Source of the DNA: Candidatus Dojkabacteria bacterium
GTDB taxonomy: Bacteria; Patescibacteriota; Dojkabacteria; GCA-002793355
Length of the DNA stretch: 64,000 bases
Reading direction: 5' to 3'
Assembly (NCBI GenBank): GCA_030583825.1
Contig: CP129477.1
Coordinates: 138,259 to 202,258, forward strand
In this document: positions 19,450-29,234 of the stretch, one piece after another
Position numbering within the stretch: the first letter of the stretch is position 1
Layout of the letters: each line of letters opens with the position of its first letter
Notes under the pieces: generated by a model
What the model saw: the letters and a program-made list of their open reading frames with translations, nothing else
Told to the model about the DNA's origin: nothing
Database searches by the model: none
Program-made: the position numbers and the translations under genes

Positions 19450-21099
19450 TTAGACATCTACGACATCAATGGAAAGAAGCGGGGTCTCGCCGTAATACTT
19501 CATAAAATATGCACCAAGCTTTGCATACATATACTTTTTCAAGCGAGGCTTGTCAGTAAGCATCATGTACCAATGTGCAATTTTGGTTTCCAAATCGGCG
19601 ATAATTCTTTCAGTTTCCTGCACCATATCGAATCCACGGAGCAAAGTAGTTGTTTTTACCAACTCTTCACCCTTTTGAATAAATGTGACATGGCAAATTC
19701 CATTTGTAGCCAAAATTTTTCGCTCTGAAATCAATGGTTCGCCTTTTTCAAGAATTTTATCTCCAACGACAGCGGCTTCGCTGACCTTTAGCTTCTTTTC
19801 CTGGAGTACTTGTCCGTTTTTGAATGCATATACTGCTCCATCTACTGGAATAAGGACATTTGATTCAGGAAACCCTATTTCTTTTAGCAGTAACTTGTGC
19901 TGGCCAAGAAACGATGCGTATCCATGTACTGGAATAAAATACTTTGCGTTAAGCAATTGTGCCATTCGTTTCATATCTTCCTGATATGCGTGACCACTGA
20001 CGTGAATATCCATTAATTTGCTGTTAATAATTCGGGCTCCTTTGCGGGAGATCTCATCTAACAATCGCTGGACATCCAGTGTATTGGTTGGAATAACCGA
20101 TGATGAAATAATAACTGTGTCAGTTTTTTTAATTGTAATCACGTCGTGTTTATTAAATGCCATTCTCGTCAATGCCGCCATTGGTTCACCCTGGCTTCCT
20201 GTGGTCACAATAATTAATTGATTATCAGGAACTTTATGTGCTTCTTTAGCGGGAATAACTAAATTCGCCTGTGGAGTAACATATCCAATACGCATCGCAA
20301 TTTTAATGTTGTTTTCCAAGCTTCGCCCGGTAAATACAATCTTTTTATTATGCTTGCGAGCGACTTCGATTAATCCGGCAATTCTCGTTACCAATGATGA
20401 AAAAGTCGCGATAATAACGCGGCCTTCTGCTTTCACAATAACATCTTCTAAGACGCCAAGAATTTCTGTTTCTGACTTTGACTTTCCTGCTTCAAATGCG
20501 TTTGTTGAATCTAACAATGCAACAAGTACGCCTTTTTTGCCAAGCTCTTCAATCTTTTTGTAGTTTGACGGCTTTTCATTAAGTGGGCTATCGTCAAATT
20601 TGTAATCGCCAGTATATACCACTCTTCCTTCTGGAGTCTCAAAACATACGCCATAACATTGAGGGATGCTGTGAGTCACATGAAAAAATGAGATGGATAC
20701 TTGTCCTTTTCTGACAATATCACTTTCTTTAACTGGGAAAAACTGGGCTTTTTTGTGAAGTCCTGTTTCTCGGAACTTTTCACGGATAAACTCAATCGCA
20801 AATGGACTTGCATAAATAGGAGGAAATCCAAGCTTTTCAATCACAAACGGCAAGCCGCCAACGTGATCAAGGTGAGCATGAGTAATAATAATTCCTTTAA
20901 TGTGCTCTTTATTTTTCTGAAGCCATTGATAGTCTGGCAATAAATAGTCAACTCCGTAGCCATCTCCATCTGGAAACGTCAAGCCGTAGTCAACGACATA
21001 AATATCATTTTTGTATTGCACGACATAGCTATTTCGTCCGATAACTTCTACTCCGGACAGCGTGATAACTCGTAAGTCGCGCTCTTTCTGTTCATTCAT
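19450..21099 (-). CDS. rnj: Ribonuclease J (metallo-beta-lactamase/beta-CASP RNase)
   Basis: The HAHLDHVGG motif is present, the protein is 549 aa, and the N-terminal conservation is typical of RNase J. Confidence 0.85.
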   Translation of the reverse strand: MNEQKERDLRVITLSGVEVIGRNSYVVQYKNDIYVVDYGLTFPDGDGYGVDYLLPDYQWLQKNKEHIKGIIITHAHLDHVGGLPFVIEKLGFPPIYASPFAIEFIREKFRETGLHKKAQFFPVKESDIVRKGQVSISFFHVTHSIPQCYGVCFETPEGRVVYTGDYKFDDSPLNEKPSNYKKIEELGKKGVLVALLDSTNAFEAGKSKSETEILGVLEDVIVKAEGRVIIATFSSLVTRIAGLIEVARKHNKKIVFTGRSLENNIKIAMRIGYVTPQANLVIPAKEAHKVPDNQLIIVTTGSQGEPMAALTRMAFNKHDVITIKKTDTVIISSSVIPTNTLDVQRLLDEISRKGARIINSKLMDIHVSGHAYQEDMKRMAQLLNAKYFIPVHGYASFLGQHKLLLKEIGFPESNVLIPVDGAVYAFKNGQVLQEKKLKVSEAAVVGDKILEKGEPLISERKILATNGICHVTFIQKGEELVKTTTLLRGFDMVQETERIIADLETKIAHWYMMLTDKPRLKKYMYAKLGAYFMKYYGETPLLSIDVVDV

Positions 21100-21117
21100 A
21101 ATGTAATTTTTGGTTAA

Positions 21118-22293
21118 TTAACCTAGTACGCTAACATCCTCGGGGAGATAATGCTTCACATTTTCCGGTGTAATATTCACCGAGCTTGTTTCTTGATTAA
21201 CAATTTGATACGCAACACGTCTGGCAAGGTTCAAAAGAGTCCTTTCCAACTGTCGAATTCCGGCGTCAAATCCCATAGGACGGACAATTGCCGGCCACGT
21301 TTCTTCGTTAATCACAAGCTGTTGCTCTGTAAGTCCCGTTTCTTTTAAGACTCGAGGCATAACGTAATTTTTTGCAATAAAAATTTTATCGTCATCAGAA
21401 TAACTTGTAAACCTGATGATTTCGAGACGGTCGAGCAATGCTGCTGTTAATGTCCCGAGTGTGTTTGCAGTGGTAATAAAGAATACCTTCGATAAGTCCA
21501 ACGGATAGTTAATATATCTATCGCTGAACGCTTCGTTTTGGGCAGGATCAAGAATTTCAAGGAGTGCTGCCATGATGTCATTTCGTAGCGTTTCGATTCC
21601 ACTGCTTTTATCAATTTCGTCAATCAAAATGACCGGATTCATTGTTCCTGCTCGGGTAATTGCCTGAATAATCATTCCTGGCTCTGCTTCACCAGTTATT
21701 TTTGCACTTCCGCGAAGCTGTGCAATGCTACCGAATGCCGCAAGAGAGATTCTTTCAAATTTTCGGCCTAAAGCATTTGCAATTGACTTTGCAATTGTTG
21801 TTTTACCCAAACCTTGCAATCCAACAAAACATAGAATAGGTGGCCGCATCAATGTTGAGGTCATACCATCCGGGCTTTGCTGGGCTGTTTGAATATATTG
21901 ACCTGTTTGTTCATCAAACTGCTGCAAAGTACCTGAAGTGCCCTGGTTCATTTGCTGTAACTGAATTACCGCCATGTAACTGAGGATTTTCTCTTTTACT
22001 TTGCCAAGTCCAAAGTGATAGCGATCTAACTCTTCGCGAATAGACTGCAAGTCAATGCGGTCTTCGCTATATACCCCCCAGGGTATTCGGGTTACCCAAT
22101 CAACGTATTTTGCAACAGATTCAAATTCGGAGGTGTAACTTCCTTTTTTGGCCATACGATACACACGAACAATCATCTTACGGCAATCGTCTTTGAGATC
22201 TTCGGGGGCAGCACTTGCCTCCAATTTATTGAGCAACTCTTGAATATCTCCGAACCCTTCGGATTGTGCTTCTAAATCTAAAACTGTGGACAT
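21118..22293 (-). CDS. Lon-protease-like AAA+ module without an N-terminal LAN domain or a C-terminal protease domain
   Basis: The region from YVDWVTRIPWG through the Walker A (GLQGLGKTT) and Walker B (LIDEIDK) motifs to LLDRLEIIRF tracks Lon residue by residue. The arginine-finger region RGHRRTY is replaced by RGSAKIT. The ORF ends before any S16 protease domain. Confidence 0.6.
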   Translation of the reverse strand: MSTVLDLEAQSEGFGDIQELLNKLEASAAPEDLKDDCRKMIVRVYRMAKKGSYTSEFESVAKYVDWVTRIPWGVYSEDRIDLQSIREELDRYHFGLGKVKEKILSYMAVIQLQQMNQGTSGTLQQFDEQTGQYIQTAQQSPDGMTSTLMRPPILCFVGLQGLGKTTIAKSIANALGRKFERISLAAFGSIAQLRGSAKITGEAEPGMIIQAITRAGTMNPVILIDEIDKSSGIETLRNDIMAALLEILDPAQNEAFSDRYINYPLDLSKVFFITTANTLGTLTAALLDRLEIIRFTSYSDDDKIFIAKNYVMPRVLKETGLTEQQLVINEETWPAIVRPMGFDAGIRQLERTLLNLARRVAYQIVNQETSSVNITPENVKHYLPEDVSVLG

Positions 22294-22410
22294 TATTCTA
22301 TTCGTTATTCACTTTAATACCCGAAACTCAATCTGGAATATTTATCTTACTTAGTTTGTATGCGGATTTAAGAGTAAGAAAAACACTCCAAAACACTAAT
22401 TCAGAGTATT

Positions 22411-24522
22411 CTATTTTACCTGTTTTACGGAAAGACGCAAACGGCCATTTTCATCAATACCGACAACTTTGACCTTTACTTTGTCTCCCATATTTACGAC
22501 TTCTTCAACAGTTTTAATGAATTTGTCTGCAAGTTCAGAAATGTGAACAAGACCTTGCTCATCCATATTTCCTTTTTCAATGCGGACAATTGCACCAAAT
22601 GGCTTTATTCCAATAACTTCTGCATCGTATACTTCACCAATTTTGAAATCGCCAAAGATATCGTCAATCATTTGCTTTGCTCTGTCGCGATTTTCCTGAC
22701 CAACTCCAAAAATTTCAACTGTTCCGTCTTCTTTAATGTTAATCTCCATGCCTGATTGCTTGGTGATCTCTTTGATCATTTTTCCGCCCGGGCCGATCAA
22801 TTTTCCAATATTGTCAGGATCAATTCTAATAACATCAACTCGAGGTGCGCTTTCTGCAAGCTCTGTACGGTGAGTCGGGATAGCTGCAACAATAACATCA
22901 AGGATTTGTTCTCTTGCTGTTTTTGCGTATCCGAATGCTTCGAAAATTACTTCGTAAGGAATGCGAAGCTTTTTCTGATCCATTTGAATTGCAGTAATAC
23001 CTGTTCGTGATCCTGCAACTTTGAAATCCATGTAACCATAGAAATCTTCAATTTCTTCGATGTCTGTCATAAGCTGGTATTGTGAGAAGTCATCGTTTGC
23101 GATGACTCCAACTGAAATACCTGCAACTGGTGTCTTAATTGGAACTCCTGCATCCATAAGTGCAAGTGTGCTTCCACATGTTGATGCCATTGAGGTTGAG
23201 CCTGCTGAAGAAACGACTTCACTGACGACACGAATCATATATGGGAATTCTGTTTCTGCTGGCAATACTCTTTCTAATGCTTTTTCTGCGAGTGCTCCGT
23301 GTCCAATCTCACGTCGTCCTGGATGTGTATTGTAACGTCCTGTTTCTCCGTATGCTGCTGGAGGTGCACTATATTCGTGAATATACATTTTTGTTGCTTC
23401 ACCTGTCATGTCTTCCAATGTTTGAGACTTTGTCGGTGCTGCAAGTGTTACCAATGACAATACATGAGTATCGCCTCGCTTGAATAAACCTGTACCGTGC
23501 ACTTGTGGAATAATTCCAACCTCTGCGCTGAGTGTACGGATTTCATCAAACTTTCTTCCATCAATTCGCTTATGTTCGTCAAGTACTTCGTGAAGGATTT
23601 CTTTCTTCATAATGCGTGACATCGCTTCTGCGATGACTGAGCCTGTAACAGTTTCATCTTCTTTGAACTTCTCAACTACCTTTTCTTTCACAGCTGCTTC
23701 AAGAAGTTTTCGACTCTCTTTATCTTTCTGGCTGATTGCTTCTTTGATTTCTGTACCGAATTCAGACTTAATTGTATCAACAACACCTTCTGGCAATGTA
23801 AACATTGCTCCTGCTTTCTTTTCTGTCTTTACTAATGCTGCGAATTCTTTTTGTGCTGTATAAATATGCTCTGCGTTATCTCGTGCAAACTTTACTGCTT
23901 CGATAGATTTATCTTCTGGAACTTCTGCCATATCTGCATCAAACATAACAACACCTTCGCGATCAACAGAAATAACCATGTTCATTGAAGGAATTTCACC
24001 TTTTGCAGTATAGTCCAAAGCAACAACATCTGCTGGGTTTAAGAATAAGTTTTCTTCTTTATCCATAGAAACGCGAACTCCTGCGAGCTCTCCTTCAAAT
24101 GGAATATCTGATGTCATGATTGCTGCAACCGCAGTATTGAATCCAAGAATCATTGGATCATACTTTTTGTCGTATGCTAATACATGAATAAAAATCTGGA
24201 CATCATCTAATAATTCTTTTGGAAAACGTGGACGAAGTGCGCGATCAATAATACGACCTCGTAAAATTGCTTCTTGTGATGGAAAACCTTCTCTTTTAAC
24301 GTAAGGTGAAGATGCGATTGTTCCTGCTGCATAAAGCTTTTCGATGTATTCTACCTGCAATGGGAAGAAATCCATTCCTTCACGTGCTTTACCACGGAGG
24401 ACGGTAACATTTACTGCAGTGTTTCCCCAAGTCGCATATACTGCGCTGTTTGCAAGGTGATTAAACTTCTTAAAATGCCAGGTTGCTGGTGTGCCGAATA
24501 GGGCAAATGTATAAGGTGACAT
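22411..24522 (-). CDS. pnp: Polyribonucleotide nucleotidyltransferase (PNPase)
   Basis: The 703-aa product has two RNase PH domains, a KH domain and a C-terminal S1 domain (GIVRIEKGNMDEQGLVHISEL). Confidence 0.9.
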   Translation of the reverse strand: MSPYTFALFGTPATWHFKKFNHLANSAVYATWGNTAVNVTVLRGKAREGMDFFPLQVEYIEKLYAAGTIASSPYVKREGFPSQEAILRGRIIDRALRPRFPKELLDDVQIFIHVLAYDKKYDPMILGFNTAVAAIMTSDIPFEGELAGVRVSMDKEENLFLNPADVVALDYTAKGEIPSMNMVISVDREGVVMFDADMAEVPEDKSIEAVKFARDNAEHIYTAQKEFAALVKTEKKAGAMFTLPEGVVDTIKSEFGTEIKEAISQKDKESRKLLEAAVKEKVVEKFKEDETVTGSVIAEAMSRIMKKEILHEVLDEHKRIDGRKFDEIRTLSAEVGIIPQVHGTGLFKRGDTHVLSLVTLAAPTKSQTLEDMTGEATKMYIHEYSAPPAAYGETGRYNTHPGRREIGHGALAEKALERVLPAETEFPYMIRVVSEVVSSAGSTSMASTCGSTLALMDAGVPIKTPVAGISVGVIANDDFSQYQLMTDIEEIEDFYGYMDFKVAGSRTGITAIQMDQKKLRIPYEVIFEAFGYAKTAREQILDVIVAAIPTHRTELAESAPRVDVIRIDPDNIGKLIGPGGKMIKEITKQSGMEINIKEDGTVEIFGVGQENRDRAKQMIDDIFGDFKIGEVYDAEVIGIKPFGAIVRIEKGNMDEQGLVHISELADKFIKTVEEVVNMGDKVKVKVVGIDENGRLRLSVKQVK

Positions 24523-24524
24523 AA

Positions 24525-24794
24525 TTACTTTCTCAAACCGAGTACTTCAATTAACTGTGCGTAACGCTTTTCATCTTCGCGCTTAAGATATGCAAGAAGG
24601 CGCTGGCGATTCTTTACAAGCTTGATAAAGCCTCTCTTTGAGTGAAAGTCTTTGCCATGCTTTTCAAAGTGTGCTGTTAACTTTTGAATTCTTGCTGTTA
24701 ATAATGCAATTTGAACTTCAGGAGAGCCTGTGTCTGCATCTGAAAGTGCGAACTTCGTAATAAGTTCTGTCTTTTCACCCTTCTTTAGAGCCAT
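24525..24794 (-). CDS. rpsO: 30S ribosomal protein S15
   Basis: The product is 89 aa and reads LTARIQKLTAHFEKHGKDFHSKRGFIKLVKNRQRLLAYL. It sits directly upstream of pnp. Confidence 0.9.
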   Translation of the reverse strand: MALKKGEKTELITKFALSDADTGSPEVQIALLTARIQKLTAHFEKHGKDFHSKRGFIKLVKNRQRLLAYLKREDEKRYAQLIEVLGLRK

Positions 24795-24974
24795 GTAAAT
24801 CTGAACATTAATTTTATTATTCTCTACCTATGCCCGGTATTACACCAGGTGAAGTATCAGTAGCATCCTTAACAAATATTAAGAATTTTTGATACTTACA
24901 ATATATCATCCTTTCTTCGTGGATTCAAGGTATTTAATAGTGTAACACAACTATAAGATACTTGCAAGCATCTT

Positions 24975-26489
24975 TTACTGTGTGCTTTTAATCCTCTTTG
25001 CAATCTCTCCGAAGTTTAAAACCTGACCGCTAGTACTTCTTTGTGGGATATTATTCTGTGGCGTAGCATTCTGCTGCTGTGGAGTACTCTGAGTCGCAGG
25101 TGCTGTAGTCTGAGGAGCTTTTTGTTCCTGAGGCTGTGGCTTACTCGCTACTGGAGGAGTTGCGACAGTTTGAGGCTTTGGTGCAACCTGTGATTGTGAC
25201 TGTACTTGTGGTTGATTTACCGGAGTTTGTGGTTTTACACTTGGCTGAGGTTGAGGTCTATTTGGTTGTGGTTGCTGTGGCTGTGTTTGAGTACTTGAAG
25301 GTCGTGCTGAAGATGTTGACTGCGATTGTTGTGATGATGTCGGAGCCTTTGCAGTTTCTGATGTAAATCCAAGAGTCTGCGAGAATGTTTTCATTTCCTG
25401 AGTTAAGACCAATCCTACGCCTTTATTTCCAAAAACAACAAGTTTAAGCTTTGCCATATTCTGGCGTGCATCTTCTGACTCGCCTGCTGCATATACCAAT
25501 GAATAGTTGTTATCGTATTCAATAGAAATAAGTGCTTGCGAAACCTGAAGTGCTTTTACCATATCTTCAGGAGTAACAATCAAATCACTCAGCTTTATGC
25601 CTAATGTTTCGACTTCTGACTTCGAAAGTGATGCATATGCAATTCGCTTTGGTGCATTTACTTTCATTTTTTCTGTTAACTTTTTGCTAAATGCGGCGTA
25701 TTCAGGTTTTTTATTCAACGATGCCTGTGAAATTGCACCGACATTAACTCCTGATTTGAATAATTCTCCTAATACGCGGAATACTTCTGCCATAAATGCT
25801 GTCTCTTTGACTTGCAATGCGTTTACTCGAAGCAAGAATGTTGCGACTGCGTCTTTTGCTTTGTCATTCATTTTGCCAAGTCGGGAAATTCCAAGAACAA
25901 TTTTTGCAACTGGTATAAGTTCTGTTTCTACAGGATAGGTCTGTGCGACTGCAACAACTTTCTGGAAGTTTTCTACTCCATTTGAACCGAATGCAATGTG
26001 TTGTGCTTCCATGACCGATGATTTGGCTTCTCCAAGAAGCTTTTCAAGCTCGTCTGCCGACTGAATACCAAGAGTAATGAATACATCGTGCTGTGCTCCA
26101 AATGTCTTAAATTGAACCTGATTAAAGTCAAACTTTGCCGTACCAGGAACAATATACAAGAAGAACTTTCCTCCGGAAATATCGTAGCTTACGCTTGATA
26201 CTGAACCATCTCCACACGGAATTTCAATGACATGCTTAAGTGTTTGGACTGTATCGTTATATTCAACGCCAAAGTGGGTAAAAACGTGCTTTAACCATCC
26301 TTCGGGAGATCCCTGAGAAATAAGTGTTACTTTTCGTCCTGAATCTTTCTGCATATGCGCAATAATTGAGGTGACTAATGCATACTCTTCGGGAACGAGT
26401 TTGTTAACAACAATTAATGGATGCTGGGCACTTTGTAATAAAGAAATAACCTTTGTAATATCTGTATTCATGGAGATATTATAGGACAA
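24975..26489 (-). CDS. Hypothetical protein, a possibly degenerate DHH/DHHA1 (NrnA-like) paralog, with a C-terminal Pro/Gln/Ser/Thr-rich disordered tail of about 130 aa
   Basis: It occupies the infB-(rbfA/truB)-rpsO slot, where a DHH phosphoesterase sits in Mycobacterium (Rv2837c, next to rbfA and infB; recalled from memory). The N-terminal stretch NKLVPEEYALVTSIIAHMQKDSGRKVTLI aligns positionally with the NrnA motif HxNPDGDAIGSSLAL...GKxVT, but the catalytic Asp and His residues are absent. The tail ends in SGQVLNFGEIAKRIKSTQ. Confidence 0.3.
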   Translation of the reverse strand: MSYNISMNTDITKVISLLQSAQHPLIVVNKLVPEEYALVTSIIAHMQKDSGRKVTLISQGSPEGWLKHVFTHFGVEYNDTVQTLKHVIEIPCGDGSVSSVSYDISGGKFFLYIVPGTAKFDFNQVQFKTFGAQHDVFITLGIQSADELEKLLGEAKSSVMEAQHIAFGSNGVENFQKVVAVAQTYPVETELIPVAKIVLGISRLGKMNDKAKDAVATFLLRVNALQVKETAFMAEVFRVLGELFKSGVNVGAISQASLNKKPEYAAFSKKLTEKMKVNAPKRIAYASLSKSEVETLGIKLSDLIVTPEDMVKALQVSQALISIEYDNNYSLVYAAGESEDARQNMAKLKLVVFGNKGVGLVLTQEMKTFSQTLGFTSETAKAPTSSQQSQSTSSARPSSTQTQPQQPQPNRPQPQPSVKPQTPVNQPQVQSQSQVAPKPQTVATPPVASKPQPQEQKAPQTTAPATQSTPQQQNATPQNNIPQRSTSGQVLNFGEIAKRIKSTQ

Positions 26490-28037
26490 TTATCGAGTTT
26501 TTGCAACCACTTCGATCGTGTCACCTTCTTTAACATCTGCTCCTTTTCCGAGGTTTAAACCACACTCGGAACCCTTTTTGACTTCGTTTCGCTCATCTTT
26601 CAACACACGAAGTGAGGTAATACCATATTCTCCAACGAGAACTCCTTCACGCATAACACGGCAGATTCCGCTTTTTCTAATTTCACCATCGGTAACAACA
26701 CCACCTGCAACAACTGTTCCATCTGAAAGTGTAAATACCTGCTTAACACGAAGTGTTCCAATTTGTGTCATTTTATCTCCGCCTTGTCCCATGACATTTG
26801 AAATATGCTCAGAGAGATAGTCGTAAAGATGATATACAACATCAAATGTTTTAAATTCGAGATGATTTTGTCGAGCATAGTCCTGAACATTATTTGGAGC
26901 TTTTACTCTAAATCCTAAAAGAACTGCTTTAAATGTTAATGCCATGTCAACATCGTTTGTTGTAATACCGCCGACTCCGGAAGAAACTACTTTCACTGCT
27001 AATCGCTCATTATTGAATTTCTCGAATGTTGGAAGAATTGACTGCAAGGATGCTTTTACGTCTGTTCGAATAATGACTGGAACAACAAATTCATGGCCAT
27101 CATTAAAAATACTGTCCAAAAGATCTTCTTCTGATGAATGCTCATCAACTAAGTCTTTATGCTGATTTTTCTTTAATTCTTTTTCAAATGCTGCACCGTC
27201 TGCTGTTTTTACAATATCAATGCCTGATGCGGGAAGTTCCTGAAGTCCGGTCATAATAAATGCCTGACCTGCCACAACTTCTTTAATCGGCTTTTTTAGT
27301 GAATCAAAGAGCATGCCGGCTTTTTCTTTTTGCTCGCCAATATATAAAGAATCGCCCTTAGCCAATGTACCATATTTTAATACTGCAAAGATTGTTTTGC
27401 CCAATGCTTTATCAACGCTACTATCAAGAACAACTCCATAAGAAGTAATTGCCTCTGCTGCATCGCGATACTGTTCCATAAGTTTTAGCTTTTCATTTTC
27501 TGGGTCAAGGAGGTTTTCAACTTCTGTCAAAAGAAAAACCAGATCCAAAAGCTTGTCGAGACCTTCTTTTGTATGAGCTGAAACTTCAACAAATGGAATA
27601 TCTCCACCATACCCTTCGAGATAGATTCCGTTTGCAACAAGATCGTTGATTACTTTTTGAGTATTTGCTTCTGGTTTATCTATTTTTGTCAGCACGACAA
27701 TAAATTTCACGCCTTGCTGCTGGATAATCTGAAATGACTCCAATGTTTGAGGCTTGATACTTTCGTCTGCTGCAACAATAAGAAGCGCGATGTCTGCAAC
27801 TTTACCACCATTGACGCGCATTAAGCTAAAAACTTCGTGGCCTGGAGTGTCAACAAATGTCACTCTTTTCTCTTTCCAGAGAATATCTGAAATATAGATA
27901 TTTTGAGTAATACCACCAGATTCGCCACTTTGGACGCTTGTATTGCGTACAGCGTCTAGTAAAGAGGTTTTTCCGTGGTCAACATGGCCAAGTACGACAA
28001 CTATTGGAGGCCTCTGTTGGGATGTTTTATTGCTCAT
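26490..28037 (-). CDS. infB: Translation initiation factor IF-2, short form that starts at the G domain
   Basis: The G1 motif GHVDHGKTSLLD and the downstream IF-2 domains are present. The product is 515 aa. Confidence 0.85.
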   Translation of the reverse strand: MSNKTSQQRPPIVVVLGHVDHGKTSLLDAVRNTSVQSGESGGITQNIYISDILWKEKRVTFVDTPGHEVFSLMRVNGGKVADIALLIVAADESIKPQTLESFQIIQQQGVKFIVVLTKIDKPEANTQKVINDLVANGIYLEGYGGDIPFVEVSAHTKEGLDKLLDLVFLLTEVENLLDPENEKLKLMEQYRDAAEAITSYGVVLDSSVDKALGKTIFAVLKYGTLAKGDSLYIGEQKEKAGMLFDSLKKPIKEVVAGQAFIMTGLQELPASGIDIVKTADGAAFEKELKKNQHKDLVDEHSSEEDLLDSIFNDGHEFVVPVIIRTDVKASLQSILPTFEKFNNERLAVKVVSSGVGGITTNDVDMALTFKAVLLGFRVKAPNNVQDYARQNHLEFKTFDVVYHLYDYLSEHISNVMGQGGDKMTQIGTLRVKQVFTLSDGTVVAGGVVTDGEIRKSGICRVMREGVLVGEYGITSLRVLKDERNEVKKGSECGLNLGKGADVKEGDTIEVVAKTR

Positions 28038-28064
28038 TATGACAAATGTTTACACTAATAAATA

Positions 28065-29141
28065 TTACGCTTCTGCTCCTTCGGTTGATCCTTCTTCAGA
28101 AGCTTCACTTTTTTCTTCTACTGCTTCGACGACATCAATTTCGACACCAGTCAACTGGGAGGCGAGTTTTACATTGATACCTTCTTTTCCAATTGCGAGT
28201 GAAAGCTGATCTTTTGGAACTGTCACTTCTGCACGATTCTTTTTATGATCATATTCAACATGAGAAACCGATGCCGGTGACAATGAGTTTTTAATATATT
28301 CAATCATGTCGAGATCCCACTTTACAATGTCAACTTTTTCTTCGTTAAGCTCACCCATGATTGCGGCAATCCTCATTCCACGCTGACCGATACATGCACC
28401 AATTGGATCAAGTCCATCCTGGTTTGAAGACACTGCTACTTTTGAACGATGTCCTGCAAATCGGGCAATTGCCTTAATTTCGACTTGGTCGTTCATAATT
28501 TCCGGAACTTCCATGCTGAACAATGCTTTAAGGAACTCTTCCGATCCTCGGGAAAGAATGACATGTCGGTTATTTTCCTCGTTTATAAGTTTTGTCACAA
28601 GGAAGCGATATCGTTTTCCAATCTCGTAAAATTCGCCTGGAATTTGCTCTTCTTCTGGTAATTCTGCAACGCCTTTTTCAAGCTCGACAAGAATCAGATC
28701 TCCACGAACGCTCTGAACTTTTCCACTGACAATATCGTTGAGTTTTGATTGGTAAAATTCTACAACTGCTGCTTTTTCTGCATCTTTGATTTTGTTCAAT
28801 ACAACATATTTTGCTGTCTGAGCTGCAATACGTCCTAATGTTCCAACAGGAATTTCAATTTCCATTGCGTCACCGATAACAATATCTTTTGACATCTTTT
28901 TTGCTTCAGTAAAGGAAATCTCTGTATCGTTATTTTCAACGCGTTTTACGACATTTTTAACGATATATAAGTGAAGACCTCCAGAAAGCTTGTCAATTTC
29001 TACTTTGACATTCGTATGCTCACCATGCTCTTTTTTATATGCGTCTGCAATTGCAATTTGCAATGCGGAAATAACGGTTGCTGGGTCAAGTCCGCGATCT
29101 GCACAAATTTGGTTGATAGCTGACAATAATTCACCACTCAT
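28065..29141 (-). CDS. nusA: Transcription termination/antitermination factor NusA
   Basis: An S1 domain is followed by KH domains containing GACIGQRGMRI. The product is 358 aa and the gene lies upstream of infB. Confidence 0.85.
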   Translation of the reverse strand: MSGELLSAINQICADRGLDPATVISALQIAIADAYKKEHGEHTNVKVEIDKLSGGLHLYIVKNVVKRVENNDTEISFTEAKKMSKDIVIGDAMEIEIPVGTLGRIAAQTAKYVVLNKIKDAEKAAVVEFYQSKLNDIVSGKVQSVRGDLILVELEKGVAELPEEEQIPGEFYEIGKRYRFLVTKLINEENNRHVILSRGSEEFLKALFSMEVPEIMNDQVEIKAIARFAGHRSKVAVSSNQDGLDPIGACIGQRGMRIAAIMGELNEEKVDIVKWDLDMIEYIKNSLSPASVSHVEYDHKKNRAEVTVPKDQLSLAIGKEGINVKLASQLTGVEIDVVEAVEEKSEASEEGSTEGAEA

Positions 29142-29234
29142 GTAATGATAATTTCAATTTAAAGTATTGCTGCAGAATTATAGCACACCTTACGAGGGAT
29201 AACTTTGTTATGTTGTCCAACGAGAAAAAACAGT

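Noticed and set aside
22294-22410. The hairpin TCTTACT-N21-AGTAAGA downstream of pnp, as a possible terminator.
   Set aside because: Its loop is large and it has no flanking U-tract on the relevant strand.
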